A program made the translations under genes and the position numbers. Of a stretch of 64,000 bases of DNA, positions 1 through 10,607 are shown in pieces. How positions within the stretch are numbered: the first letter of the stretch is position 1; every line of letters begins with the position of its first letter. A model generated the notes under the pieces. It did no database searches. It saw only the letters and a list, made by a program, of their open reading frames with translations, and was not told where the DNA came from. Origin of the DNA: Sphingobacteriales bacterium (GTDB lineage Bacteria > Bacteroidota > Bacteroidia > UKL13-3); contig JAJTFA010000002.1 of assembly GCA_021299635.1 (NCBI GenBank), positions 249,110 through 313,109 of the forward strand, read 5' to 3'.

Positions 1-696
1 CATTAATCGAAAGGGCCCCATTTTAAAACCGGTACTTTCCATCAATTGATCTATGGCTCCAACTGAGGCCACCTTTTCTTCAGCAATTTTTAAGCCTTCA
101 ACATAATAATGTCTGGCTACTCTGTTTACAATAAATCCAGGCGCATCGGCTACCATTACGCACGTTTTACCCATTCCCTCGATAAGTTGTTTACAATAAT
201 TTGTTAAGTCCGGATTGGTTTCTGCACCTGAAATAATTTCAACTAGTTTCATTACGGGTGCAGGATTAAAAAAATGAATGCCAAGCACTCTAGAAGGATT
301 TGGAATTTTAGCCGCAATTTGAGTTACCGGAATTGAAGAAGTATTGGTAGCCAAGATGCAGTTGTTACCATTTAATTCGGCCATTTTCTGAAAGAAGGCC
401 TGCTTTACATCAAGCTTTTCAATTATTGCTTCTATAATTAAATCTGCTTTCAGCTCATCAGGGTTTGAAGTGTAAGCAATAAGCTTTAGTGTATCATCTT
501 TTCCGGAAGCAGTTATTTTTTGTTTATCAACCAGAGTCTGTAAACTTTTTTCAATAGAGGATTTTGCTTTTAGCAACATGCTTTCACTTATGTCATATAT
601 AATGGTAGTGTAGCCTGCCTGCGCAGTAACCTGTGCCATGCCTGCGCCCATTGTGCCTGCTCCTGCAATGCCAATTCTTTTAACAACGTTTTGCAT
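1..696 (-). CDS. 3-hydroxyacyl-CoA dehydrogenase (3-hydroxybutyryl-CoA/PaaH-like), runs off the window edge
   Basis: Not in the ORF track. Manual translation from ATG 696 gives MQNVVKRIGIAGAGTMGAGMAQVTAQAG (Rossmann motif), then IIEAIIE, LATNTSS, GIHFFNPAPVMKLVE and DAPGFIVNR. The frame is open to position 1. Confidence 0.9.
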   Translation of the reverse strand, partial: MQNVVKRIGIAGAGTMGAGMAQVTAQAGYTTIIYDISESMLLKAKSSIEKSLQTLVDKQKITASGKDDTLKLIAYTSNPDELKADLIIEAIIEKLDVKQAFFQKMAELNGNNCILATNTSSIPVTQIAAKIPNPSRVLGIHFFNPAPVMKLVEIISGAETNPDLTNYCKQLIEGMGKTCVMVADAPGFIVNRVARHYYVEGLKIAEEKVASVGAIDQLMESTGFKMGPFRLM

Positions 697-805
697 TTAG
701 CAAATGTACATTTTTAAATGATTATGTGTTGCCACTTCCAATTGCACTGGCTATAGCTTTTTGATTAACCATTTCATATAACGTATTTCAATCCGCTTTC
801 ATCAT

Positions 806-2392
806 TTAATCCAATATTCTCTTTCTGAATAAAAGAGGAAGATTCAGGATAAAAATCAACACACCAATTACGCCTATATAATCGCCATAAGTTGCATAAA
901 AAGTTTGTGACTGCATAATATAAAGGTCTGCCTTCAGAGCATCAGGTACCCACCAGCTACTGCTGCTTATGGTTTGTCCTTTATCATCAATAAATCCGCT
1001 GATACCGGTATTGGCGGCTCTTGCTATATATTTTCTCATTTCTATGGCTCTGAGTTTAGCATAGTTAAAATGTTGCTGATAACCGGGTGTATTACCCCAC
1101 CACCCATCATTGGTTACCACACAAATTAATCCTGCTCCTTTTTTTACATAACTGCCTACATATTCACCATAAACAGATTCATAACAAATAACAGGAGCAA
1201 GCAAATTACCCCTACCCATATCAAATACTTTTGCCCCATTGTCGCGTCCTAAACTTCCGCTGGTGCCTCCAAGTTCAAGGGTTAGGTTTTCAAGAAATTT
1301 AAATAAAGCAGGATAGGGCATACGTTCAACACCGGGAACCAATTTTGATTTATGGTAAATGCTTATACGATCTGTTTGATTAAAAAATATGGCACTATTA
1401 TAAGCATCATAATAAAACATGTCATTATATCTTCTTGCTGTTTCAGAAAGTGTTTCACCTGATTTGTAAAAGGAATAGGTATCTGCGCCACTCAAGATTT
1501 GCACTTGTGGATGTTTTTCAAGAAAATCCCTAACTTGTCTGATAACTGTGTTAAAGGCGAGATGATCTTCATCAAGGCCTCCAAGTAATGCCGTTTCCGG
1601 AAAGCAAATTAACTGTACACTGCTATCCATATTTGCCTCTGCAAGTTGCAGCATTTTGCCTACCTGCTCTTCTGGGCTCATGCCCTCAAACTTATCTGTA
1701 TATGGATCTATATTGGGCTGCACCACCATTACCCGCATTGGCTTCCCCTTCTGCTTATAATCAGCTAGCACATGCCAAGAGAGTAAAGTGGGCACAAGCA
1801 AATAAAAGAAAGCCAGATTAAAACCTTTTGAAAAGCGCATAGGCTTACTTCTTTCAGGTAAACTTTTTAGGTAGCGAAACATTTTAATATTGACCAACAA
1901 AACCCAGAAGCTGCCGCCTAGTGCACCCGTATATTCATACCATTGTACAATATCAGGAGCAGTAGAAAAAACATTCCCAAGTGTTAGCCACGGCCATGAT
2001 ATTTCCCAGTTGAGATGAAGGTATTCAAATGCCAACCATGCCGCAATAAAAAAGGTGTAGGCCTTAGAAGGCCCTGCCTTATGCATCATACGGTGCATGA
2101 GCATAAAAGGCAAACACATAAGCAGTGTATTAATTAAAAAAGCCGCAACACCACCAACGGCTGATGCATTGCATACCCAGTAGGTTACACCTATATTCCA
2201 AAGCAACAATGAAAGAAATAGCAACAAAAAGAAAAAACCTGTACGATTTCTTAGCTTTTCTTCCAAATATAAGAGCGGAACAAAACCGCCAAATACCAGA
2301 ATAAAAAATCCGGAAGGCTGCCATGACAAGGTGAGCATGAGCGCACTGCATAAAACCCAAAATATTGGCTGCTTTAAAAACTTTTGATTCAT
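806..2392 (-). CDS. lnt: apolipoprotein N-acyltransferase
   Basis: Multi-TM N-terminus with WPWLTLG; nitrilase-fold motifs VQPNI, FPETA, YHKSKLVPGVE, ICYESVY, TNDGWW, RAANTGIS. The start is taken as ATG 2392 (MNQKF). Confidence 0.95.
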   Translation of the reverse strand: MNQKFLKQPIFWVLCSALMLTLSWQPSGFFILVFGGFVPLLYLEEKLRNRTGFFFLLLFLSLLLWNIGVTYWVCNASAVGGVAAFLINTLLMCLPFMLMHRMMHKAGPSKAYTFFIAAWLAFEYLHLNWEISWPWLTLGNVFSTAPDIVQWYEYTGALGGSFWVLLVNIKMFRYLKSLPERSKPMRFSKGFNLAFFYLLVPTLLSWHVLADYKQKGKPMRVMVVQPNIDPYTDKFEGMSPEEQVGKMLQLAEANMDSSVQLICFPETALLGGLDEDHLAFNTVIRQVRDFLEKHPQVQILSGADTYSFYKSGETLSETARRYNDMFYYDAYNSAIFFNQTDRISIYHKSKLVPGVERMPYPALFKFLENLTLELGGTSGSLGRDNGAKVFDMGRGNLLAPVICYESVYGEYVGSYVKKGAGLICVVTNDGWWGNTPGYQQHFNYAKLRAIEMRKYIARAANTGISGFIDDKGQTISSSSWWVPDALKADLYIMQSQTFYATYGDYIGVIGVLIFILNLPLLFRKRILD

Positions 2393-2509
2393 AACCTTAG
2401 CTGCAACATGCGCTAAAAATAAATGTTTTCCAAACCATATGAATGTGAAGATTTTATAAACTATAGTTAGCATAGTTTTTCATAAAAAATGGGTTTATTT
2501 TGCCCCCTC

Positions 2510-3514
2510 ATGCGTTTGTATAGGTATCTGTATATTTTTTATTGTTTAGGCGTTTCCTCAGCTTATGCCCAAATACTTCCTTCCTTTGGTAATTCAAGAA
2601 CGGGAGGTACCGGCATGCAATTTCTCAAGATTTCCCCGGATGCAAGGTCTATGTCGCTTGCAGGTGCTGCCGTTGCAGTAGCCAATGACGCATCAGCAAT
2701 GTACTGGAATCCGGCAGGCATAACAGGCGTAGATACGGGCAAAGTAAATCTCATGATTTCACATAGCCGCTACTTTGGTGATATCAACGCTAATTATGCA
2801 GGGGCTGTGATTAGAGCAGGACGCCATTCATTTGTTGGTGTTCAGGTTTTTTCCATGGATTATGGAGATATGAAGGAAACAACTGAGTTTGATCCCAGCG
2901 GCACAGGCAGAACATTCGGCATCAACAATTATTTTATCGGCCTTACATACGCCAAGGTATTAACCAATAATTTTAGTTTTGGACTCAATGGCAAATATAC
3001 CAATGAAAGTTTTGCAGGCATTAATGTACATAATGTACTGTTTGATTTAGGCCTTAAATATGACGTGGGCGTAAAGCATACCCGCTTTGGTGTTAACTTC
3101 AGTAATTTTGGCTTAAATGTTAAACCTTCAGGCGGTGTGCAGGTGTTAAAATTTGATGGCATGCAAAACATCAGCAATTTCAGCGATATCTCAGTTCCTG
3201 CATTGTTTCGTTTGGGTATTGCATTTGATCCTGTGCATACCAATGAGCATGTGCTTACTTTAGCCGGACAACTCAATCATCCTACGGATAATAATGAAAC
3301 CTATGTGTTGGCTGCCGAATATAGCTATCTTAAAATTGGTTACCTGAGAACAGGATACGAGTTTGGCTCTGATGAAAATTACATCGGCCCATCAGCAGGA
3401 ATTGGAATGAAAATTCTTCGCAGATTTGGTGGTTTAACCCTTGATTATGGCTTTGTAGCAAAAAACCGTTTAGGATACAACCAACGTATAACCTTAGCAA
3501 TATTGGTCAGATAA
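2510..3514 (+). CDS. PorV/PorQ-family (FadL-like) outer-membrane beta-barrel
   Basis: Signal peptide; QFLKISPDARSMSLAGA...NDASAMYWNPAG N-terminal signature; alternating beta-strand pattern. Confidence 0.8.
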   Translation: MRLYRYLYIFYCLGVSSAYAQILPSFGNSRTGGTGMQFLKISPDARSMSLAGAAVAVANDASAMYWNPAGITGVDTGKVNLMISHSRYFGDINANYAGAVIRAGRHSFVGVQVFSMDYGDMKETTEFDPSGTGRTFGINNYFIGLTYAKVLTNNFSFGLNGKYTNESFAGINVHNVLFDLGLKYDVGVKHTRFGVNFSNFGLNVKPSGGVQVLKFDGMQNISNFSDISVPALFRLGIAFDPVHTNEHVLTLAGQLNHPTDNNETYVLAAEYSYLKIGYLRTGYEFGSDENYIGPSAGIGMKILRRFGGLTLDYGFVAKNRLGYNQRITLAILVR

Positions 3515-4762
3515 ATGAACGTAAAAGCAATTCATATATTTTTTGGCATCGCGATTTCTCTCTTGTTCACGTCTTGTTCAGCGCTGTTTGGCAATAAGGA
3601 AGATGAACAGGTGAATGAAATTTTTGTTCAGGGCGCTATAGACCCCAATCTTATTCCTCAAACCGTAGGATACGTTCCTGTTTATCCTTTTTTTCAGGGC
3701 TTCTCAAATCCCATTGATGTTTTTGTAGGATATGATGAATTGGTTTATGTAGTAGATGATAACGGACTAAATATTTTGGACCAAAAAGGTACGAAGTATC
3801 AGAATATTCCAATCCCCGGGGCAACAGATGTTACTCAGGACAGAAGATTGCATACATATGTTTGTGGCAGGGTTGAACTTCCAAGAGGAGCAGGTGGCGC
3901 CCTGGTAAACTTACCTGCAGTTTACCACCTGATGAATACGGCAACGGGAAACTACGTTATTGTAGATACACTCATTCACCCCGATTGCGATGCATCCAGA
4001 GGCGCAACCGCTTTCCGTGGAACCGATGATGAAAAAGTGCAATTCACTGGGCTGGCTACCTTACATGATAATACATTGTATGTAAGTCGAACCGGTCCGC
4101 GTAATGATCCCAATGCATTTTTCAGACCTGATAATGGGATATTATTATTTGATGCCGATGGATTAAATGTGGGTTTTGCAAACGGCCTAACACCCAATTC
4201 CCCTAGTTTAAAATCTGCCATGGGTATATCTGCTATTGCAACGCTGGCAGCACCTCCGCAGCGTCAGCAAGGCATCAATACAGGAAAAAGTTTTATGCTT
4301 ACTCAGGCCGATGCAACACTAAATATTGAATACCGTACCTTACACATAACGGTTTCAGACGATCCGGATGCCGGTACATCATACAACGAAACATCTTCGC
4401 TGCTCAATTACGACTATAGTAAAGGAGATAGATTTTTGTATCAACCTTTTCGGTTTAAAAATCCCGAAGATTGTTTTATTGCACCTGATGCGTTGCAATA
4501 TAGTTTTATTGTTGACAGCGGCACCGACTCTCTTTATATTTTTACGAATCAGGGAATAGAAGGGGTGAATCCGCCTGCAAACTCCGGCCTTAAAAAACAA
4601 GTGGCTGTTTCCTTTGGAGGGCCCGGTATAGATGGTAATTCCGGAGGTCCTTTCAGTTTCAAAGATCCAAGCGGTGTATGTTATTTCCGCAGAATGATTT
4701 TTGTTGCAGACAAAGGCAACAACCGCATTTGTCGTTATATGCTAAGCACCGATCTACAATAA
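3515..4762 (+). CDS. lipoprotein with beta-propeller/NHL-like repeats, function unknown
   Basis: Lipobox-like FTSC; NHL-like segments FSNPIDVFVG, FKNPEDCFIA and FKDPSGVC...IFVADKGNNRI. It abuts the PorV-like gene. Confidence 0.6.
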   Translation: MNVKAIHIFFGIAISLLFTSCSALFGNKEDEQVNEIFVQGAIDPNLIPQTVGYVPVYPFFQGFSNPIDVFVGYDELVYVVDDNGLNILDQKGTKYQNIPIPGATDVTQDRRLHTYVCGRVELPRGAGGALVNLPAVYHLMNTATGNYVIVDTLIHPDCDASRGATAFRGTDDEKVQFTGLATLHDNTLYVSRTGPRNDPNAFFRPDNGILLFDADGLNVGFANGLTPNSPSLKSAMGISAIATLAAPPQRQQGINTGKSFMLTQADATLNIEYRTLHITVSDDPDAGTSYNETSSLLNYDYSKGDRFLYQPFRFKNPEDCFIAPDALQYSFIVDSGTDSLYIFTNQGIEGVNPPANSGLKKQVAVSFGGPGIDGNSGGPFSFKDPSGVCYFRRMIFVADKGNNRICRYMLSTDLQ

Positions 4763-4776
4763 TAAATTCATGCCAG

Positions 4777-5664
4777 GTGAAATTATTTCGTTCACGCATA
4801 GCTCCTACTCCTAGTGGTTATTTGCATCGCGGAAATTTATTTAACTTTTTACTTACAGCACTGATTACTCGCAGCAATAGCGGTGAATTGCGTTTGCGTA
4901 TTGATGACATGGATGCGCAACGATCCCGGCCGCAATACTTACATGATATTTTTGACACATTAAATTGGCTTGAAATTTCATGGCAACAAGGACCTAAAAA
5001 TGTTTCAGAGCATATCCAGTTTTTTACGCAGTCTAACCGCCTGCAATTGTATGAATCCTTCCTACGGCAATTAATAGAGCGAGCTGAAGTATATGCATGT
5101 ACCTGCTCAAGAAAAGAGCTTAGCGAGGAAGGTCATGCCTTGTATCCTGGCACTTGCAGATTAAAGCAAATACCGCTGAATACCCCACAGGCAGCGTGGC
5201 GTATACATTTGCCTGAAGGCACAATTGTTCGTTGGTTAGATAAAGCGCAAGGAAAAGTTGAGCTGAATCTTTCTCAACTCATGGGTGATTTCATCATCAG
5301 GCGAAAAGACGGTTTGCCCGCTTACCAGGTGGTTTCATTGGTTGACGATTTATTGTATGGAACTACGTTCATTGTTAGAGGTGTTGATTTGCTGCAAAGC
5401 ACAGCTGCACAATTATGGCTCTCGCAAGTTGTACAAAACCCTGACTTTGTGCACACAGGCTTCTATCATCACCCATTGCTGATGCATGCTGATGGAGAGA
5501 AATTATCAAAATCAGTTTCTGCTAATTATTCCAAACCATTGCATGCAACCGAGGCCTCAACTCAAGCAATCATCAGTAGCTTTTGTAGCTGGCTGGGCCA
5601 CACAACAAAAGCAAAAAGTATAGATGAGCTTTTGGGAAAGCAGTCCTCTTTGTTTAGGGTATAA
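4777..5664 (+). CDS. gluQ: glutamyl-Q tRNA(Asp) synthetase
   Basis: RIAPTPSGYLHRGN (HIGH-like), LRIDD, Zn motif CTC...YPGTC, AYQ, IVRGVDL and KLSKS. It lacks the anticodon-binding domain. Start taken as GTG 4777. Confidence 0.8.
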   Translation: MKLFRSRIAPTPSGYLHRGNLFNFLLTALITRSNSGELRLRIDDMDAQRSRPQYLHDIFDTLNWLEISWQQGPKNVSEHIQFFTQSNRLQLYESFLRQLIERAEVYACTCSRKELSEEGHALYPGTCRLKQIPLNTPQAAWRIHLPEGTIVRWLDKAQGKVELNLSQLMGDFIIRRKDGLPAYQVVSLVDDLLYGTTFIVRGVDLLQSTAAQLWLSQVVQNPDFVHTGFYHHPLLMHADGEKLSKSVSANYSKPLHATEASTQAIISSFCSWLGHTTKAKSIDELLGKQSSLFRV

Positions 5665-5718
5665 TACTGATTCCTCATCTCATTGGCTTTTAACAGTTTC
5701 ATCCTTCATACTTTTTGC

Positions 5719-5726
5719 TACTTTTG
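5719..5726 (+). promoter_or_regulatory. Bacteroidota -7 promoter element (TACTTTTG) of tatC
   Basis: Exact TAnnTTTG match 8 nt before ATG 5735. Confidence 0.6.
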
Positions 5727-5734
5727 CGCACTCT

Positions 5735-6565
5735 ATGCCGCTAGACCAATTACCTGAAGATAACACGGAAGATATTAAGGAAATGAGTTTCTTTGATCAT
5801 ATAGATGAGTTCAGGGGCCATATTGTGCGTTCTGTGCTTGCTGTTCTGGTGCTAAGTATTGTCGCTTTTTTTAATAAATACCTGCTATTTGATGTAATAA
5901 TTTTTGGTCCGCTGCATCTTGATTTCTGGACCTATCGGGCTTTGTGTGAACTATCATACACCTTTACCGGAACTGATTTGTATTGCATAAATGAAATGGG
6001 TTTCGTGCTTTCCAACATAACCATGTCTGGGCAGTTTACGGAGCATTTATTTGTTTCATTTGTTAGTGGTCTTATTTTAGCATTCCCTTTTATTTTATGG
6101 GAGCTGTGGCGCTTTATTAAGCCTGCACTTAGCCACAAGGAAATACGATATGCGCGTGGCCTGGTCTTCTTTAGCTCTATGTTATTTTTTGCGGGTATTT
6201 TATTTGGATATTTTTTCCTCTCACCACTCTCCATTAATTTTTTAGGTTCGTATAAAGTAAGCGAGTTGGTAAGTAATGAAATCAACCTTGATTCGTATGT
6301 TTCATTTATTGCCACACTTACTTTTGCTACAGGTCTTATTTTTGAAATGCCCATTTTGGTCTATTTTCTCAGTAAAATTGGTCTTTTAGGTAGTGGTTGG
6401 ATGTCAAAAAATCGGAGATATGCAATTGTGGTAATTTTAATTCTAGCAGGCTTACTCACACCATCACCTGATATTGCCAGCATGATTCTGATGTTTATAC
6501 CTTTATATGGCTTGTATGAGGCAAGCATACTTGTTGCCAAAGCCGTAGAGCGCAAGAAAGTTTAG
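5735..6565 (+). CDS. tatC: twin-arginine translocase subunit TatC
   Basis: EMSFFDHIDEFR, WELWRFIKPAL, FEMP, LTPSPD, LYE; about 6 TM segments. Confidence 0.97.
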   Translation: MPLDQLPEDNTEDIKEMSFFDHIDEFRGHIVRSVLAVLVLSIVAFFNKYLLFDVIIFGPLHLDFWTYRALCELSYTFTGTDLYCINEMGFVLSNITMSGQFTEHLFVSFVSGLILAFPFILWELWRFIKPALSHKEIRYARGLVFFSSMLFFAGILFGYFFLSPLSINFLGSYKVSELVSNEINLDSYVSFIATLTFATGLIFEMPILVYFLSKIGLLGSGWMSKNRRYAIVVILILAGLLTPSPDIASMILMFIPLYGLYEASILVAKAVERKKV

Positions 6566-6638
6566 CCGGATCAAAACGATTCTCCTGTGCTAGATAAAAT
6601 AGAATTGTTTTAGATTATATTCGACCAAAAATTAGTTT

Positions 6639-7070
6639 ATGAAAATTGCTTTAGGAGGTGATCATGCCGGATTTTTTTACAAGGAAGAAATAAAAACAAT
6701 GCTTATAACGCTTGGTCATCAGGTGCACGATTTTGGTCCCTTTTCTGACGCCTCTGCTGACTATCCTGATTTTGCTCATCCACTTGCATTATCGGTTGAA
6801 AAGGGCGAATCGGATTTTGGTATTCTTATTTGTGGTAGCGGCAATGGAGTTGCCATTACTGCCAATAAGCATCAAGGAGTAAGAGCAGCACTATGCTGGT
6901 TGGTGGAGCTGGGAGCCCTTGCCAGGCAACATAATAATGCCAATGTTCTGTGTTTGCCGGCACGTTTTATTACACTCGAACTTGCTAAACAAATTACCCA
7001 AGCGTTTATCGAAACTGCTTTTGAGGGCGGAAGGCATGACACCAGGGTAAATAAAATTGCCTGCACTTAA
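6639..7070 (+). CDS. rpiB: ribose-5-phosphate isomerase B
   Basis: GGDHAG, DYPD, ICGSGNG, ANK, HNNAN, FEGGRH. Confidence 0.97.
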   Translation: MKIALGGDHAGFFYKEEIKTMLITLGHQVHDFGPFSDASADYPDFAHPLALSVEKGESDFGILICGSGNGVAITANKHQGVRAALCWLVELGALARQHNNANVLCLPARFITLELAKQITQAFIETAFEGGRHDTRVNKIACT

Positions 7071-7073
7071 CTC

Positions 7074-7985
7074 ATGAATAATACCGTTGATAATTTGATA
7101 CCATTGCTGCTGCAAGGAGATAAACGTACCCTAGCACGTTGCATTTCTATGGTTGAAAATGGCTATGAAGGTTATGAGGAGTTGCTCAGAAAACTTACGT
7201 TTAATAAATCAACGCCCGTTATAGGAATTACCGGTCCTCCGGGAGCAGGCAAAAGTTCACTTATTGCAGCTTTGGCAAGGCATATTGTGGCAAAACAGAA
7301 AACGCTAGGCATTATAGCCATTGATCCAAGCTCTCCCTTTAATCAAGGCTCTCTTATGGGCGATCGTTTGCGCATGACAGAGCATTTTCTGCATCCATCT
7401 GTTTTTATTAGAAGCATGGCGGGTAGAGGAAGTTTGGGCGGACTTGCTCCTAAAATCTTTGAAGTGGCAGATGTAATAAAAGCAGCAGGATTCGATTATA
7501 TCATCATTGAAACCATAGGTGTTGGCCAAAGCGAAGTTGAAATTGCGGCATTGGCTGATACAACAGTTTTGGTGCTGGTTCCGGAGGCAGGTGATGAAAT
7601 TCAAACCATTAAAAGCGGAGTGATGGAAATTGCAGATATATACGTGCTGAACAAAGCAGACCGAGATGGTGCAGACGGTTTTTTTAAAAATCTTTTTGTG
7701 CTTTCGCATGCTCACACAAGATTGGGTTGGGAAGCTCCGGTTATTAAAACTATTGCCACCAAAGATCAAGGCGTAGATTTATTGTTTGATGCTATACTTA
7801 AACATGCGGAGCATGGCACCGATCAGGATAAAAAGTTGCATCTCCTTGCTGAAAAGGTTTTGCTGATGATTAAAAATCAACGAACAAAAGATATTTCAAT
7901 CAAACAAATACAGTCAGATTTGAAGCAACATGTATCTGAAAAAAACTTTAACCTGTACAGGTATGTTACCAAATATAATAAGTAA
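7074..7985 (+). CDS. meaB: methylmalonyl-CoA mutase-associated GTPase MeaB/ArgK
   Basis: GITGPPGAGKS, IDPSSP, GDRLRM, ETIGVGQSE, GDEIQ, NKAD. Confidence 0.93.
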   Translation: MNNTVDNLIPLLLQGDKRTLARCISMVENGYEGYEELLRKLTFNKSTPVIGITGPPGAGKSSLIAALARHIVAKQKTLGIIAIDPSSPFNQGSLMGDRLRMTEHFLHPSVFIRSMAGRGSLGGLAPKIFEVADVIKAAGFDYIIIETIGVGQSEVEIAALADTTVLVLVPEAGDEIQTIKSGVMEIADIYVLNKADRDGADGFFKNLFVLSHAHTRLGWEAPVIKTIATKDQGVDLLFDAILKHAEHGTDQDKKLHLLAEKVLLMIKNQRTKDISIKQIQSDLKQHVSEKNFNLYRYVTKYNK

Positions 7986-8036
7986 ACAAACCAGCCTCGC
8001 TACAACCTTCACAGAGGTGTTAAAAACAGAAGATTA

Positions 8037-8618
8037 ATGAATATTTGTATCCTTTCAGGCTCGGCAAGAGAAAACAACAATACCATCCGCGTAGCACTTG
8101 CCATAAAAAACCTACTGTTATCACGTCATCAGGTAACACTGGTAGATTTTAGACAGTATGATATACCTTTTATCAATCAGGCTCAGATTATTCCTCAGCA
8201 GCTTTCCTCATTTCAGCAACAATTGGCAAATGGCATGAGAGAGGCGCAATTGGTCATTATCATTTCTCCTGAATACAATTGGAGTACAACACCGGAAATA
8301 CTCAACTTTCTGCATCGTTTTGGCGAAAAGGAATTTGCGTACTTATTTCAAAATAAAGTTTTTTCAATGGTTGGAGTTTCCACAGGAAAGGGGGGTAAAA
8401 CACCTGCCTTGCATTTAACATCTATTCTCAATAAAATCATCAGTTTTTTAAATCTTGATTCAGTGGTTTGTTCGGGAATTTTTGAATCACACTTCACCAA
8501 AGAGGTACTGAATGAAAATGGAGAACAGCTGGGCAATGCCCCATATGAGAATGGCATGAAAAATTATTTGGAATACACCCTGCGTATTGCAGAGCGCTGG
8601 TGCCGCTTAGGCTCGTAA
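8037..8618 (+). CDS. NADPH-dependent FMN reductase family protein
   Basis: Flavodoxin-like motifs ILSGSAR and SPEYNWS. Confidence 0.85.
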   Translation: MNICILSGSARENNNTIRVALAIKNLLLSRHQVTLVDFRQYDIPFINQAQIIPQQLSSFQQQLANGMREAQLVIIISPEYNWSTTPEILNFLHRFGEKEFAYLFQNKVFSMVGVSTGKGGKTPALHLTSILNKIISFLNLDSVVCSGIFESHFTKEVLNENGEQLGNAPYENGMKNYLEYTLRIAERWCRLGS

Positions 8619-9770
8619 GATAATTCTGAAGGTGGTTCCTTTGCCGGTCTCTGATTCTTTAACAAATATTTTCCCTTTGTGGTACTCTTCAATAATGCGT
8701 TTAGCAAGCGAAAGACCGAGTCCCCAGCCCCTTTTTTTAGTGGTGTATCCCGGCTTGAAAACCGTTTTAAATTTTGCTTTAACAATACCCTTACCGGTAT
8801 CTTTCAAATCAATGAGCACTTGCGTTTTTTCGTGCTTTACGGCTATGCAAATTTTCCCGCTTCCTTCCATGGCATCAATTGCGTTTTTACACAGGTTTTC
8901 AATAACCCACTCAAACAGGGGTTTGTTCAGCAACGCAATTTCCTCAGGTTGTGCATCAAGTTCAAAGGAAACAGTTCGGCCTGAACGCGATTGTAAATAA
9001 TCTATGCAGTGTTGTAAAACTTCAGAAACATTTACTGCTTCAAGCACAGGTGCAGAACCTATTTTAGAAAACCTTTCAGTAATTAATTCTAATCGCTGTA
9101 CATCTTTTCCTAGTTCGCTTAATATCTCTTCCTGTTGTTCTTTTGGTGTTTCTCTAATCAGGTTTATCCATCCCATGAGCGAGGAAACAGGGGTTCCCAA
9201 TTGATGCGCAGTTTCTTTACTCATCCCAACCCAAACCCGGTTCTGCTCAGCCCTGCGCGAACTGCTAAATGCTATGTATGATATGAGAATGAAAACAGCA
9301 ATAATGGTTAATTGATAATACGGATATTGCCTTAAACGGGTTAGCTGATAAGAATTTTTATAATATACGTAGTGGTAAAGTTGCTCCCGAGTATTTTCAT
9401 CAAGCAGATACTCAACCTTAATTGGGTCTCGCTGGGCTTTCATAAGTGCAAGTTCATTTTTCAGGTAAGCAGTATCGGTCTCTCTTCTGGTTGAATCCAG
9501 GTTACGGTCGTTAATGATGTTTCCGTTCTCATCAGTTACAATTACAGGAATACTTTCATTATCCATAATAATTGATAAGGCAAAAGCATTTTGCCCTTGC
9601 GAGCTACTTAGCTCCTTAAGTGCATTGGCCCATAGGAGCATTTTTTTCTCTTCCTGCTTTGCCAGGTCATCGGCAAGGGTGCGGGTATACCATAGACTAA
9701 ATACCCCAATACCCATAGCCATGAGCAATAGTAGTCTTTTCCACCAAATTTTCTGATCGTAAGTCCGCAT
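8607..9770 (-). CDS. orphan sensor histidine kinase
   Basis: Two TM segments; H-box ETAHQLGTP; N-box ENLCKNAIDA; DTGKG, FKPGYTTK and GWGLGL. Confidence 0.93.
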   Translation of the reverse strand: MRTYDQKIWWKRLLLLMAMGIGVFSLWYTRTLADDLAKQEEKKMLLWANALKELSSSQGQNAFALSIIMDNESIPVIVTDENGNIINDRNLDSTRRETDTAYLKNELALMKAQRDPIKVEYLLDENTREQLYHYVYYKNSYQLTRLRQYPYYQLTIIAVFILISYIAFSSSRRAEQNRVWVGMSKETAHQLGTPVSSLMGWINLIRETPKEQQEEILSELGKDVQRLELITERFSKIGSAPVLEAVNVSEVLQHCIDYLQSRSGRTVSFELDAQPEEIALLNKPLFEWVIENLCKNAIDAMEGSGKICIAVKHEKTQVLIDLKDTGKGIVKAKFKTVFKPGYTTKKRGWGLGLSLAKRIIEEYHKGKIFVKESETGKGTTFRIILRA

Positions 9771-9845
9771 GCAATAATATTACCTGATTACAAACATATT
9801 TAATTCAGAAATATAAAGATATTCGTGCAGTTGAATTAACGCAAT

Positions 9846-10607
9846 ATGAAATTATTTATTGAGTTGGCCCAAAAAAAGTATGCGATAGAGGTCTCACAGC
9901 CTCTGGATATATCTATCCCTATGCATTCCGGCACATCTAATCCTAATGCGTTTGGTATACAACCGCCATTATTCGAGCCATATAAGGCAGGAGGTTTTAT
10001 TGGCTCTGTTGCTATGGGCGGCTCGGTTAATTGCGAAAATTTATTTCTAAATGCACATGGCAATGGTACACATACCGAGTGTATAGGTCATATATCAAAA
10101 GAGCGAATTTCTATAAACAGTTGCCTCAAGCAATTTATATTCAGCTGTGAGGTGATTTCTGCAGCGCCCGAGCAAATATCCAATGGTGATTTTGTCATAA
10201 CACTAAAAAAAGTGCAGGAGAAGCTGGTGCATCATTTACCTGAGGCAATTGCTATCAGAAGTTTGCCTAATAACGAAAGTAAAAAACAGGCCATCTATTC
10301 AGGCTATAATCCGCCCTACTTAGAAGCAGAATTATGCTCGTGGCTCAGAGCAAATGGCGTAAAACATCTGTTAATCGATATGCCATCCGTAGACAAGGAA
10401 GAAGATGGAGGGGCCCTTGCATCGCATCATGCTTTTTGGGATTATCCGTTAGCTAAACGTTATGATGCTACCATTACCGAAATGATTTTTTTGCCCGATT
10501 CCATTTCTGATGGCTTATATCTGCTCAATCTTCAAATAGCCTCTCTTGAAACAGATGCCAGCCCTTCTAAACCTGTATTATATAAACTGCAACCATTAGA
10601 AGCATGA
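9846..10607 (+). CDS. cyclase family metal hydrolase (kynurenine formamidase-like)
   Basis: DISIP, HGNGTHTECIGH, LIDMPSVD, TITE, DASPS. Confidence 0.8.
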   Translation: MKLFIELAQKKYAIEVSQPLDISIPMHSGTSNPNAFGIQPPLFEPYKAGGFIGSVAMGGSVNCENLFLNAHGNGTHTECIGHISKERISINSCLKQFIFSCEVISAAPEQISNGDFVITLKKVQEKLVHHLPEAIAIRSLPNNESKKQAIYSGYNPPYLEAELCSWLRANGVKHLLIDMPSVDKEEDGGALASHHAFWDYPLAKRYDATITEMIFLPDSISDGLYLLNLQIASLETDASPSKPVLYKLQPLEA

